Part shown: positions 10,235 to 21,699 of the stretch, one piece after another
Numbering within the stretch: the stretch's first letter is position 1
Layout: every line of letters starts with the position of its first letter
Assembly (NCBI GenBank): GCA_963745025.1
Contig: CAVUWD010000014.1
Coordinates: forward strand, 1 to 64,000
Reading direction: 5' to 3'
Length of the DNA stretch: 64,000 bases
Source of the DNA: an uncultured delta proteobacterium
GTDB taxonomy: Bacteria > Desulfobacterota > Binatia > JACPRU01
Position numbers and translations under genes: made by a program
Notes under the pieces: generated by a model
The model's database searches: none
What the model was told of the DNA's origin: nothing
Seen by the model: only the letters and a program-made list of their open reading frames with translations

Positions 10235-10258
10235 AGCCCGCGCGCGAGGAGGACCGAG

Positions 10259-10743
10259 ATGTCATCACGAGAGAGGCATCGCACGACGGCGACCGCCGGA
10301 AGACGACACCGGAAACGCTCGGACGCAAGGAGTACGAGAAGCATCTCGCCAAGCTGCACGTCGAGCTCGTGAGCTGCAGGAATGGGTCAAGCACAAGGGG
10401 CTCAAGGTCTGCATCCTCTTCGAGGGCCGCGACGGTGCCGGCAAGGGCGGGACGATCAAGGCGATCACCGAGCGGGTGAGCCCGCGCGTGTTTCGGGTCG
10501 TCGCGCTGCCCGCGCCGACCGAGCGCGAGAAGAGCCAGATGTACCTGAAACGGTACGTGACCCACGTCCCTGCGGCGGGTGAGGTCGTGATCTGGGACCG
10601 CAGCTGGTACAACCGCGCCGGCGTCGAGCGCGTGATGGGCTTCTCCTCCGAGGAGGAGACGAAGCGCTTCCTCGAGCTCACGCCGGCCTTCGAGAAGATC
10701 ATGGTCGACGAGGGGATCATTCTCCTCAAGTACTGGCTCGAGG
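10259..10743 (+). pseudogene. ppk2: Polyphosphate kinase 2, frameshifted and 3'-truncated
   Basis: YEKHLAKLHVELV / FEGRDGAGKGGTIK, ALPAPTERE, DRSWYNRAGVERVMGF; similarity ends at LLKYWLE. Confidence 0.9.
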
Positions 10744-11168
10744 GCCGAGGACAGTGGGTGTGCCGCGTGCCGGGATTTGGGAAACGTGCCGGATCCTTGG
10801 TCCCGCCTCGGCCTCGCCGAGATCTCGTCCCCGAGGAAGGAGGGACGCATCTTCGCCCCGTACGGTCGGTTCATTCATCCAGTGCTCCTGAACGGGCGGT
10901 AACCCGCGATGTAGACGTGTAAAGTCCCGCGGGGATTTGGTTCGTGCGCGCCGACGCAGCGGAAAGTCGTTTCGGAAGTAATGCCTCACTGTCTCAAGAT
11001 CGACGGCGAAGTTGACAGCCACGGTGACAGCCAAGCCGGTGAAGGCATATGAAGTTTCTGCCGCTCTCTCGCGGCTTCTTGTTGGCTCCGTGGACGGATC
11101 GGGATGGCACACGTTCGTTTTTTCAACGCCCTACGGCGGTGTGGACGCGGGCGGACGTTGATCCTCCG

Positions 11169-11199
11169 GATTCGTAAGGTCGCCGGTTCGAATCCGGCG
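11169..11199 (+). mobile_element. Degenerate copy of the tRNA-Thr(CGT) 3' half (att-like remnant), inverted relative to the tRNA
   Basis: GATTCGTAA-GGTCGCCGGTTCGAATCCGGCG vs tRNA GATTCGTAAtcagcaGGTCGCCGGTTCGATTCCGGCG. Confidence 0.6.
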
Positions 11200-11260
11200 A
11201 GCGTCGCGCCGACCGGCCTAAGCGCACAATCGGGACGTCGGTCTCGATCATCGCTGTTGT

Positions 11261-12115
11261 CTACGGCTCGGGCACGATCGTCGCTTCGATGGCGCCGATC
11301 TTGTCGATTTCGATGCGCACGACGTCGCCGGCCTTCATGAAACGCGGCGGCTTCATCGCGGCGCCGACGCCGCCGGGCGTGCCGGTGAAGATAATGTCGC
11401 CGGGCTCGAGCGTCATCGCTTGCGAGAGATGCGCGATCTGGTCGTAGACGTTGAAGACGAGATGCCTTGTGTTCGACTCCTGGCGCTTCTCGCTGTTGAC
11501 GAGGGCGCGTATGGCAAGCGCGTGCGGGTCGCCGACTTCGTCGGCGGTGATGATCCACGGACCGAAGGGCGCGTGCGTGTCGAAGCTCTTGCCCAGCATC
11601 CATTGCGGCGTCTTGAACTGCCAGTCGCGCACGGTCACATCGTTGCCGACGCAGTAGCCGACGACGACCTCGTGCGCCTTGTCTTTCGGCACGTGCTTGC
11701 AGCGCTTGCCGATGACGGCGACGAGCTCGGCTTCGTAGTCGAGCATCATCGACACGCGCGGCAGCTGAATCGGGTCGAACGGCGCATTGACGGCGGTCAC
11801 GTGCTTGCAGAACCAGATTTGCTGCTCCGGTGTCTGCTGGCCGCTTTCGGCAATGTGGTCGGCGTAATTAAGACCAATGGCAAGGGTCTTTCCGGGACGC
11901 GGGACTGGCGCCTCGAGTTTCACCGCGCTGAGGGGCATGTCGGCCTTGCGAGCCGCGGCGCGTTCGATCGCCGGGCGGAGCTGAGGCCAAGCGCTCATAA
12001 GGCCGATCATATCGCGCGGCAAATCGCGGTCGGCCTTCTTCAGGTCAATGACGCCGTCGGCTGTAGCGACGCCGATGCGTGTGCCAAGGTTGTCGGTGAA
12101 GGTGACGAGTTTCAT
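11261..12115 (-). CDS. Fumarylacetoacetate hydrolase family protein (paralog of 2915..3790)
   Basis: IGLNYADH, LDYEAEL, NDVTVRDWQ, GKSFDT, TGTPGGV. Confidence 0.95.
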   Translation of the reverse strand: MKLVTFTDNLGTRIGVATADGVIDLKKADRDLPRDMIGLMSAWPQLRPAIERAAARKADMPLSAVKLEAPVPRPGKTLAIGLNYADHIAESGQQTPEQQIWFCKHVTAVNAPFDPIQLPRVSMMLDYEAELVAVIGKRCKHVPKDKAHEVVVGYCVGNDVTVRDWQFKTPQWMLGKSFDTHAPFGPWIITADEVGDPHALAIRALVNSEKRQESNTRHLVFNVYDQIAHLSQAMTLEPGDIIFTGTPGGVGAAMKPPRFMKAGDVVRIEIDKIGAIEATIVPEP

Positions 12116-12124
12116 CGTGTCCTC

Positions 12125-13045
12125 CTATTGGCCCATGTTCGGGGGCATTGGCATGCCCCATTGCACGCCGGCCAGATCTTGCAGCGTCGCGTCGCGCGAG
12201 CCCCAGCTTGCGGTCATCAGATCGCCGTCGGTCCAATGCTCCAGCGTGTGGCCCCATGGGTCGCGCCAATAGTCGAAGATCTGGCTGCCGAGGATGTGGC
12301 GGCCGACGCCCCATTCGTGCGCGTAGGACTTCGATTTAAGAAGGTCGTGACCGACCATCAGATCATCGAAGTCGGCGACCTCGAAGGCGGCGTGATTGAA
12401 CTTTGCGCTGCCAGTGCCGGCGAGGAAGAGCGTGTGGTGATCCGTCGGCTGCTGGCCGCGGTCGCAGCGCAGGAAGGCACCGAACGCGAATTCCGGCGCG
12501 AGCTTGATCTCATCCGAGGTGATGAAGCCGAAGCGATCTTTGTACCAGGCTTCGCTGGCGCGGAAGTCCGACACGTTGAGCACGCAGTGGCCGAGCCGTT
12601 TGACATGCGCGGCGCCGCCGCCCACGCGCTTGGTCGCATTGTTGCGCTGCTTCACGCGTCCGTCGTTGGTGGGCGATGCGAAAGGGAGGGGCAGCACCGC
12701 CGCCGGCGTGCGGTGCGCGACCACCTCGACCGCAAAGCCGTCGGGATCGGTCAAGCGCACGCGATGACCGCCGCCGGGCCCGTCGAGCGCCTCGACCTTG
12801 GCGTCGTTCTCGCGCGCGAACTTCTGGAGATCGTCGATGTTGCGGCCCTTGAAGGCGACGCCAGCGAAACCCGGCGCGCCCTTGTGGGTCACGTGCAGGA
12901 ACGGGTCGCTGTCGGCGCCGCGCATGTAGAGCGCGTTCTCGTCGCGATGGGCGCGGGTCAGGCCGAAGTCGACGAGGAAAGCTTCCATGGCGTCGAGATC
13001 GGGCGCGGTGAATCGCACGAAGGCGATGTCGTCGGCTCTGATCAT
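12125..13045 (-). CDS. Two-domain VOC protein, extradiol ring-cleavage dioxygenase-like
   Basis: RLGHCVL, DHHT, NHAAFEV, WGVGRHILGSQIFDYWRDPWG..EHWTDGD. Confidence 0.9.
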   Translation of the reverse strand: MIRADDIAFVRFTAPDLDAMEAFLVDFGLTRAHRDENALYMRGADSDPFLHVTHKGAPGFAGVAFKGRNIDDLQKFARENDAKVEALDGPGGGHRVRLTDPDGFAVEVVAHRTPAAVLPLPFASPTNDGRVKQRNNATKRVGGGAAHVKRLGHCVLNVSDFRASEAWYKDRFGFITSDEIKLAPEFAFGAFLRCDRGQQPTDHHTLFLAGTGSAKFNHAAFEVADFDDLMVGHDLLKSKSYAHEWGVGRHILGSQIFDYWRDPWGHTLEHWTDGDLMTASWGSRDATLQDLAGVQWGMPMPPNMGQ

Positions 13046-13677
13046 GGCTTTAGTTCCTTTCGACGGTTGTCCATTGCGGTCTTTGCGAAGCGCGCGGCCT
13101 CGCCTCGTTTTAGTCCCAGCGCGACCAACGCGGTCGTCAGCACTTCGCTGGAGAAGGCGTAAGGATCGGCGACGCGATGCGCGGCGTCGGTCAGCCGCAT
13201 TGCGGCGGACGAGGCCATGCCGAGCAATGTGACCACGGCTGCGTTCACCGAGGCGGCCCAAAAGCGCTTGGTCTTCAGGCCGAGCGTCACGTCGCTGCGA
13301 ATGCCGGCGTTGATCGGCATGTCCGGGTCGACGACGCCGGGGATCAGTCGGATCAACGCGCGCGCTCGGACGGGCTGAGCGATGGCGAAGGCGAGAAACG
13401 TCGACAGGCCGTTGGCCATACGAACCGCGGCGTCGTCGACGCCCTCGTTCGCCGCGGTGATTTTCTCCTCCAGCTCGATGCGAATGTGGTTCGCGATCGC
13501 GGCGGCGAGGTCCCCTTTGTCGGCGAAGTGCGTGTAGAACGTTCCTTTGGCGACGTCCGCCGCCTCCGTGATCTCGTCGATCGAGATGGCGTCGAGGCCG
13601 CGTTTGGCGACGAGTTGCTCGGCCGCGGCGACGAGCTCGCCGCGGGTCCGAGCGCGCTTGCGGACGGCGCGCGGCAT
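13042..13677 (-). CDS. TetR/AcrR family regulator
   Basis: RKRARTRGELVAAA...ISIDEITEAADVAKGTFYTHFADK. Confidence 0.92.
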   Translation of the reverse strand: MPRAVRKRARTRGELVAAAEQLVAKRGLDAISIDEITEAADVAKGTFYTHFADKGDLAAAIANHIRIELEEKITAANEGVDDAAVRMANGLSTFLAFAIAQPVRARALIRLIPGVVDPDMPINAGIRSDVTLGLKTKRFWAASVNAAVVTLLGMASSAAMRLTDAAHRVADPYAFSSEVLTTALVALGLKRGEAARFAKTAMDNRRKELKP

Positions 13678-13703
13678 GATTCCGTTGTTAATAGGCGCAG
13701 ACA

Positions 13704-15478
<1,775 letters not shown>

Positions 15479-15507
15479 GGTTCGTCCTCCGGCCTCGTCT
15501 TGGTGAA

Positions 15508-15541
15508 TTGACTATATAGTCAATAATGACTATTAAGTCAA
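15508..15541. promoter_or_regulatory. Tandem palindromic operator, probably for the TetR in the same operon
   Basis: Perfect palindrome TTGACTATATAGTCAA (15508-15523) plus ATGACTATTAAGTCAA (15526-15541), 30 bp upstream of the operon start. Confidence 0.8.
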
Positions 15542-15622
15542 TCAGAATCTTCGCGCCGTGCAGTCAAGGCTTTCTCATGCGGAGTGCGCTACCTGGGCAT
15601 CCCGGCGGAATGCCCCGAGCCC

Positions 15623-15762
15623 CTACCCGCCCGATCTCCGCCCGGTTTCCCGGATCTGTCCGAGGTGAGAGAGAATCTTCCGCACCACAGCCGGCTGCTC
15701 GACGGTCGCGAGCAGGCGCAGCCGCCCGCCGCATTCGGGGCAGGCAAGCACGTCGATCTCGA
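15623..15762 (-). mobile_element. IS91-like transposase C-terminal remnant
   Basis: EIDVLACPECGGRLRLLATVEQPAVVRKILSHLG. Confidence 0.7.
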
Positions 15763-15903
15763 TAGCTCGCCAACCTACGGGCGCGGGTGGCAAACCGCCG
15801 GCACTTGGCCGCTGACACCCGTTGCAGGCGTCCACTGCCGTTGGACGCCTAAGTCCGTCACCCTGCGGCGCTTTCGAAACGAACGGCGGCCTATTTCCAT
15901 TGC

Positions 15904-15919
15904 TGGCACGGTCGATGCG
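15904..15919 (+). promoter_or_regulatory. Putative sigma54 -24/-12 promoter
   Basis: TGGCACGGTCGATGCG. Confidence 0.65.
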
Positions 15920-16014
15920 TTCTCTGTGCTGCGAGGCAACAGCCGCGAGATCGCCGGTCCAAGAAGCACACGAGTCGGCGATTCGCGGTCTCAGAGCCAA
16001 AGCCGGGCGTATCG

Positions 16015-16290
16015 ATGTTGCGAATCACAGTGGAGGGTCACGCGCGGGTTCTCACCTTGCGGCTGGAAGGAAGATTGGAAGGGCCATGGGTGCCGGAAGT
16101 CGAACGGTGCTGGCGCACCATGTTGGACGCCGTGAACGAGCCAACGATCACCATCGACCTCACGGACGTAACGTACATCGATGCCGCGGGGAGGGCCCAG
16201 TTGGCGGAGATGCACGAGCAAGGGGCCCGGTTCATCGCCGGGGACTGCATGACGAAGGCCGTCGTGGCGGAGATTGTCGGAGATGAGTAA
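16015..16290 (+). CDS. Small STAS-domain protein, copy 2 (same protein sequence as copy 1)
   Basis: Same translation as 8103..8378. Confidence 0.85.
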   Translation: MLRITVEGHARVLTLRLEGRLEGPWVPEVERCWRTMLDAVNEPTITIDLTDVTYIDAAGRAQLAEMHEQGARFIAGDCMTKAVVAEIVGDE

Positions 16291-16307
16291 CGCCTCAGGA
16301 ACGGATC

Positions 16308-16748
16308 ATGAACGAACAGATTCGCAATGAGAATGGGGTCGGAGGGTGGAAGTCGTCCGCGCCGGCCCGCGATTTCATCGGGGTTATCCGCCAGGCCATC
16401 GAGACGTTGGCGAGCACAGACTATCCGAATATTCGGATGACCGCCGCCTTCGCCGGCTTGAGCGTTCGCACGCTCCAACGGCGTCTCGCGCAAGCCGGTG
16501 TGAGCCACGATATGCTCGTCGCGCAGGCACGATTCGCGACAGCCGCGACGGTGCTCGAGCAGACAAATGCCAAGATTCTGAACCTCGCGCTGGACCTCGG
16601 CTACTCCGACCATGCGAACTTCACGCGCGCGTTTCGGCGCTGGGCGGGCTGCTCGCCCCGCCAGTATCGATTGAGGTCGCGCACGGCCAGGTGTGTCGTG
16701 AACCCTTTCGCCACCGAGGGGGAAGCAGCGCACCCGGCGGTCCCATAG
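16308..16748 (+). CDS. AraC-family HTH protein (DNA-binding domain only)
   Basis: GLSVRTLQRRLA...LALDLGYSDHANFTRAFRRWAGCSPRQYR. Confidence 0.85.
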   Translation: MNEQIRNENGVGGWKSSAPARDFIGVIRQAIETLASTDYPNIRMTAAFAGLSVRTLQRRLAQAGVSHDMLVAQARFATAATVLEQTNAKILNLALDLGYSDHANFTRAFRRWAGCSPRQYRLRSRTARCVVNPFATEGEAAHPAVP

Positions 16749-16828
16749 TCCAGAGTCGTGCAGTAGTGGGTAGCGGATGACAGGTGGCTGTCGGACTCCT
16801 GCTCTGTCCAAAAGAGAGGATGCATCCC

Positions 16829-17170
16829 ATGAGACATAATGCAGAGATCTTCACCAGGAACGAGCGGAGCGAGATTCTTCCAGCGCATGTCAGCGATCCG
16901 TCCATGGCACCGCTCGAGCCCGAGAAGCGGCTCATGCTCGCCGTGCTCGAATGCGCAATAAACGACTTCCAGACCTACGCCATCGTCCGGACGGGACGCG
17001 GGAGAGGGATCTTCATGGAAGTGGATGCGTGGTTCCGTTCTTCCGCGACCGGCCCCTCCGATTTCGAAAGTATCTGCCACGCAACCGGACTCGATCCTGA
17101 CTACATCAGGGATGGTCTGCGCGGGTGGCATGACTCGAAGCGGCGAGAGAGCGAATCGGCGGCGGCATAG
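16829..17170 (+). CDS. Conserved hypothetical protein (PEKRLMLAVLE...FESIC..GLDPDYIR family)
   Basis: GAGAGG RBS; motif recalled from Binatia/deltaproteobacterial small proteins. Confidence 0.7.
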   Translation: MRHNAEIFTRNERSEILPAHVSDPSMAPLEPEKRLMLAVLECAINDFQTYAIVRTGRGRGIFMEVDAWFRSSATGPSDFESICHATGLDPDYIRDGLRGWHDSKRRESESAAA

Positions 17171-17392
17171 TCGTCCGCTCACCCGAAGACGACCGCACTG
17201 CGCGCGCTGTTCGATGCCGACCTTGCCGAGCTGGAGCGCCTTGCGTTCAGCCGCCCGTGCGCCAGAGCGCCGCGGCGTGCCACGCCGCGGCGCCGATCGT
17301 CGCGCCGATGAAGCACCGCGCCGCCGCAGCTCTGGCTGCGCTCGGGGAAGTGTGATTGATGAAGCGGGTCGTATGACAGAGGGAGGAGACGA

Positions 17393-17788
17393 ATGGCTAC
17401 CAGAACAGTGAAGAAGCGATCCCGGGCGAGGAAGACCGCACACGTCGCGATGCCGCGCGACGTTCGAGCCGCCTACGGGGAGATCCAGAAAGGCGTCCAG
17501 CATCTGGATCTGTCGATCGGGCAGCTCCGGGTGGGTCTGCGCAGGGCCGAGGAGCAGATCGAGGCCGACGCGCGCCGGCGCATCCGCGATCTCCGCAAGG
17601 AGGCACGCGGGCAGCTGGCGGCGTTGCAGAACAAGCAGCGCGAGGCGGCGCGCACGCTCAGGAAGCTGGCGGCCGCGGCCGGTGAATCGTGGCGCGACAT
17701 CAAGCAGTCTGGCGACTCGATCCTCGCCGATGCGCGGGCGACCGCCACCGCGATCGGCAAGCGCTTCCTCAGCGCGCTCAATGCCTGA
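17393..17788 (+). CDS. Basic coiled-coil hypothetical protein (phasin-like character)
   Basis: GGAGGAG RBS; helical Ala/Arg/Lys-rich ORF. Confidence 0.65.
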   Translation: MATRTVKKRSRARKTAHVAMPRDVRAAYGEIQKGVQHLDLSIGQLRVGLRRAEEQIEADARRRIRDLRKEARGQLAALQNKQREAARTLRKLAAAAGESWRDIKQSGDSILADARATATAIGKRFLSALNA

Positions 17789-17797
17789 CGGGGTCGC

Positions 17798-18082
17798 ATG
17801 CACTTCCCGCGCTTCATGCGTCGGGTGAACCGGGCGTTCACGAACCCGTTGCTGGGGCGTCGCGTGGCTGGTGCCGCCGCTGGCGGTGGTCCACCATGTG
17901 GGGCGCAAGAGCCGCCGGCACTACCGCACGCCGGTGGTCGCGTTCCGCACGGCGACGGGTTTCGTGACCCCCATGACCTACGGACGCGACGTCGATTGGG
18001 CGCGCGACCTCGTCAAGGCGCGCGGCGGTGAGCTCGTCCAGATGGGCCGGCACTTCCGGTTGCGCAGCCCGCGCGTCGTCTC
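17798..18082 (+). pseudogene. Deazaflavin (F420)-dependent nitroreductase family remnant
   Basis: RRVNRAFTNPLL / AVVHHVGRKSRRHYRTPVVAF...YGRDVDWARDL; frameshifted and truncated. Confidence 0.75.
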
Positions 18083-18250
18083 TCAGAAGTTGGTCTGGTT
18101 CGACTTGAGCACAGCGCGGGCCTCGGACACGGCGCCGCGTGCGCTCGTCTCATCCGCAACTGCGCGCGCCAGTGTTGCCTCGTCGGTCTCCATTTCCGTT
18201 TTCGACGGCATCTTGCCATCCTACTTGCCTCGCGAGTGGCCACCAGTTTG
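18083..18250 (-). pseudogene. MacA-like efflux membrane fusion protein internal fragment
   Basis: GKMPSKTEMETDEATLARAVADETSARGAVSEARAVLKSNQTNF. Confidence 0.5.
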
Positions 18251-18251
18251 A

Positions 18252-19793
18252 ATGGCGGTATCCAAGGCGATGAATAACGAGACGGGAATGCCGGTCGAGA
18301 CTATGGCGGAGCTGAAAGCGCTGCGGCAGGAAGTGTCCGCGCTGCGGCGGCGGGTCGCCGGGTTGAAGGCGTCACCAGACGCCGATGAGATCAGCTACCG
18401 CGAGCTGGTGCAGAGTGTGAACACGATAGTCCTGCGATGGGACCTGCAGGGTCGGGTGACGTTCCTCAACGAGTTCGGCCTGGAGTTCTTTGGCTTCACC
18501 CTCGACGAGTTGGCGGGCCGGTCGGTGGTCGGGAGCATAGTGCCGGAGACCGACACGTCGGGGAACGACCTACGACAAATGATCGCCGAGTTGTTGGAGC
18601 ATCCGGAACGCTACGTCAACAACGAGAACGAGAATGTGCGGCAAAACGGCGACCGTGTCTGGATCACTTGGCGTAACCGCGCGTTACGCGACGAGACCGG
18701 CCGCGTGCGGGAGCTGCTCTCGATCGGCATGGACACCACCGAACGCAAGCGAGCCGAGGAGGCCCTGCGGGACAGTGAGCGACGCTACCGTATTTTGTTT
18801 GAGTCCACGCCGATCGCCCTTGTGGAGCATGATGCTTCGGCGCTGAAGCTCCACCTCGAGACGTTGCAGGCGGCGGGAGTGGCCGACTTCGACGCCTACC
18901 TGCGCGAGCGCCCAGATATCTTGCCGGCGTTCCTGGCGATGGTCAAAGTCACCGACATGAATGCAGCGGCCATGGAGCTGTTCGAAACGAAGGAACTCGC
19001 TGACCTCCAGCGCTTTCCCTACATCGCCGAACCGGAGCGCTTTGCCAGCATGGTGCGCAGCATCATCTCCGATCTCGCAACGGGCAACATCGCGTCGCAG
19101 GAGCGTGAGGGGACGATCGGCACCTTGCGCGGCGCGGTGCGAAGCGTGGTGACGCGCACCACCGTCGTCCCTGGTTTCGAGACCACCTTGTCACGTATCG
19201 TGACCGCGCTGATCGACGTCACCGAGCGCAAGCAAGCCTGGGAGGCGCTGCGCGCCAGCGAAGAGCGCTTCCGCTTCCTATCCGAGCACGACAACCTCAC
19301 CGGCCTGTTCAACCGGCGCTACCTCTATGACACGCTGGAGACGCTGCTCGGCGCTGCAAGCGGGCCATGCTCGCTCCTGTTCTTGGACCTCGACGGGTTC
19401 AAGTCCGTCGTCGATAGGTACGGCCACCTCCATGGCAGCCGCGCCATCCAGGAGGTCGCGCAGGTGATCCAAGCCTGCATTCCTGAGCCGGGGTTCGCCG
19501 TGGCGTATGCGGGCGATGAGTTCGTCATGGTGCTTCCCGGCGTCAGTAGAGCGCAGGCGATGATAACGGCGGGCGAGGTGCAAGCGCAGATCGGCGCTCA
19601 CGCCTTTCTGACAGATGTCGGGCTCACGGTCCGCATGACCGCAAGCTTGGGTGTCGCCACGTACCCCGAGGACGCCGCGGACATGCGGACGCTGCTTGCG
19701 GTCGCCGATCGAGCGTTGTTCAAAGCGAAGGAAATGGGGAGAAACCGGATCCTGGCCGCAGGATTCCGAAGCACGTGCGCCGAAACGGCGTGA
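18252..19793 (+). CDS. PAS-PAS-GGDEF diguanylate cyclase (AGDEF variant)
   Basis: Two PAS/PAC domains; DNLTGLFNRR, DLDGFKSVVDRYGH, YAGDEF. Confidence 0.9.
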   Translation: MAVSKAMNNETGMPVETMAELKALRQEVSALRRRVAGLKASPDADEISYRELVQSVNTIVLRWDLQGRVTFLNEFGLEFFGFTLDELAGRSVVGSIVPETDTSGNDLRQMIAELLEHPERYVNNENENVRQNGDRVWITWRNRALRDETGRVRELLSIGMDTTERKRAEEALRDSERRYRILFESTPIALVEHDASALKLHLETLQAAGVADFDAYLRERPDILPAFLAMVKVTDMNAAAMELFETKELADLQRFPYIAEPERFASMVRSIISDLATGNIASQEREGTIGTLRGAVRSVVTRTTVVPGFETTLSRIVTALIDVTERKQAWEALRASEERFRFLSEHDNLTGLFNRRYLYDTLETLLGAASGPCSLLFLDLDGFKSVVDRYGHLHGSRAIQEVAQVIQACIPEPGFAVAYAGDEFVMVLPGVSRAQAMITAGEVQAQIGAHAFLTDVGLTVRMTASLGVATYPEDAADMRTLLAVADRALFKAKEMGRNRILAAGFRSTCAETA

Positions 19794-20237
19794 GGGCGCG
19801 CCGGTTCCGGGAGTCCCGATCGTGGCACCTTGGCGATCGGCCCACGGCGCGCCCGACCAGGGGAAAACGCTCATGCGAGAGGCGTTCGCGATGCCGTCTC
19901 CCCGGGGATCGCGAATTGTCGCTTTGGCCGTGTTGGTTGCTCCCTGGTGCTCTCCTTCAGGTTCTGAAGAGAATTCGCAGCCAAGCAGGTCGCCGGTTCG
20001 ATTCGGGCGGGCAGCTTCACTCTTTGGGCCGGCCTTGCCCGGGCGCGTGTAGTTCGGCCCGCGTTCGAGCATGCGGTCGGCGGTCCAAAGCAGGGACAGC
20101 TCCTCGCCTTCGCTGGCCGGATTGCCGCTTGGCAAGGGTCCCTACTGGACACAACCCGATGGCAGCTTCAGTAAGACGCGGTCGAGGGATCTCTAGATCT
20201 TCGCCGAGCTGCTTCGAGGGGAGGGAGTTCCTCGTCA

Positions 20238-20314
20238 TGCCGCGTTTGGGGATGAAGCGCACGACGCTGCAGTACCGCATGCAGCGATTGGGAATCGCGC
20301 CGCGCGCCCGGTGA
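20238..20314 (+). pseudogene. C-terminal Fis-type HTH remnant of a second FhlA-like activator
   Basis: RLGMKRTTLQYRMQRLGI. Confidence 0.7.
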
Positions 20315-20414
20315 GCGTGCCGGGATTTGGCACGGTGCCGGATCCCGGGCACCCCGTTCGGCACGGGCGGCGGTGCGGCGCTTGGTGTTGCGCGGGTTTC
20401 GGCGCGGCCGCACG

Positions 20415-20430
20415 CGGCACGCGCCTTGCG
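20415..20430 (+). promoter_or_regulatory. Putative sigma54 -24/-12 promoter
   Basis: CGGCACGCGCCTTGCG. Confidence 0.55.
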
Positions 20431-20442
20431 ACGCGAACGGGC

Positions 20443-20538
20443 ATGTTCCGCATCGCGACCAACACCAAGACGGCACCGTGGTGCTCCGGCTCGAGGGCCG
20501 GCACCGAGGACCCTGGGTCGCCGACCTGCGCGACTGTC
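20443..20538 (+). pseudogene. Third, diverged STAS gene remnant
   Basis: MFRIATNT / DGTVVLRLEGRHRGPWVADLRDC. Confidence 0.6.
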
Positions 20539-20539
20539 G

Positions 20540-20674
20540 ATGTACGTCGACGACCCCGACGGCTACCACATCGAGCTCACGGTGCCGTTCGACGACCCCG
20601 AGGTCGCCCGCCGCGAAATCGATAAACGCGGCCTGCTCCAAGACGTGAACCGCCGTACCCCGTGGCGGAGGTAG
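20540..20674 (+). pseudogene. VOC-family C-terminal remnant
   Basis: MYVDDPDGYHIELTVPFDD. Confidence 0.55.
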
Positions 20675-20679
20675 CAACA

Positions 20680-21245
20680 GTGCGGTCGCGCACCGACGCG
20701 CCGCCCGCCGCCACGGCCGGCGAGGCGGCGCCGGTCGTCCTCGTCGAGCACCAGGTTAAGTCCTACGGCAAGGGCAAGCAGGCGGTCACCGCCGTGCACG
20801 ACGTCAGCTTCGCCGTCTATCCGGGCGAGGTGTTCGGCTTCCTCGGGCCGAACGGCCCCGGGGTGCCGTTTCCCGCCGCCCGTCAACGCTGCGAGCGGCC
20901 GCGCGCGGTGTCTACACGCGACCTGCCGCGCTGGTGGCGCGACCGCCAGCGCTTCCTGCCGTCCCTGTTCCAGCCGATCCTCTACCTGTTCGTGTTCGGA
21001 GTCGGGCTCGGCTCCGCGCTCGGCCGCGACATCGGCACGGGCGGCGCGGCCGCGGGCACACGCCTCTGGCGGGTCCCTACACGACGTTCATGTACCCGGG
21101 CATTCTGGCCATGAGCGTGCTGTACACGGCGATCTTCTCGTCGATCACGATCGTCTGGGACCGCGAGTCTGGCTTTCTGAAGGAGATCCAGGTCGCGCCC
21201 CTACCGCGCACGGCCGTGGCGGTGAACAAGGCTCTGGGCGGCAGA
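20680..21245 (+). pseudogene. DrrAB-type ABC exporter remnants (ATPase N-terminus fused to permease fragment)
   Basis: KSYGKG..AVHDVSFAVYPGEVFGFLGPNG; then QPILYLFVFG...PGILAMSVLYTAIFSSITIVWDRESGFLKEI. Confidence 0.8.
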
Positions 21246-21439
21246 CCTATGGATGAACGGCTTCCACCAGTTCCCCACCTGAAATCGTACGAAGCGTTGC
21301 TCCTAGAATGCAAATAATAGACTTGCGAAGCGAAAAGAAATCGAAACTTGGGTACGCGCTGCTTAGATTTGCTACCCCGTCTGCTACCCTGAGTACTCCT
21401 GGGGAAGACATCAGCAACCTAACTAACTGAAAACAAAAG

Positions 21440-21512
21440 AGCCACCCGCCGGAATCGAACCGGCGACCTGCTGATTACGAATCAGCTGCTCTACCTACTG
21501 AGCTAGGGTGGC
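21440..21512 (-). tRNA. tRNA-Thr(CGT)
   Basis: Reverse complement GCCACCCTAGCTCAGTAGGTAGAGCAGCTGATTCGTAATCAGCAGGTCGCCGGTTCGATTCCGGCGGGTGGCT; full cloverleaf. Confidence 0.97.
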
Positions 21513-21699
21513 AAACTAATTTTTTACGGATAGCAGAGCGGCGGCAGCGTGGAAAAGGGGCGGGCGAATTTTTCTGGCTCGCAACGCTGCATCCGCGAAC
21601 ACGCCGTGCCACCAACTAAGAGAAAAGCGAAGAAACATCGGCTTGACATCCCGCTGCACGCGGAGGGATAGCGCCTGACAAGCGGAGGGCCGCCGTGCC

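Larger units (their letters stand above)
15762..16299 (+). repeat. ~540-bp direct repeat, copy 2
   Basis: Near-identical to 7848..8387. Confidence 0.95.

Noticed and set aside
11128-11210. Functional tRNA (Arg-CCG-like)
   Set aside because: Only the T-arm is intact; no acceptor or anticodon stems; better explained as a tRNA-Thr remnant
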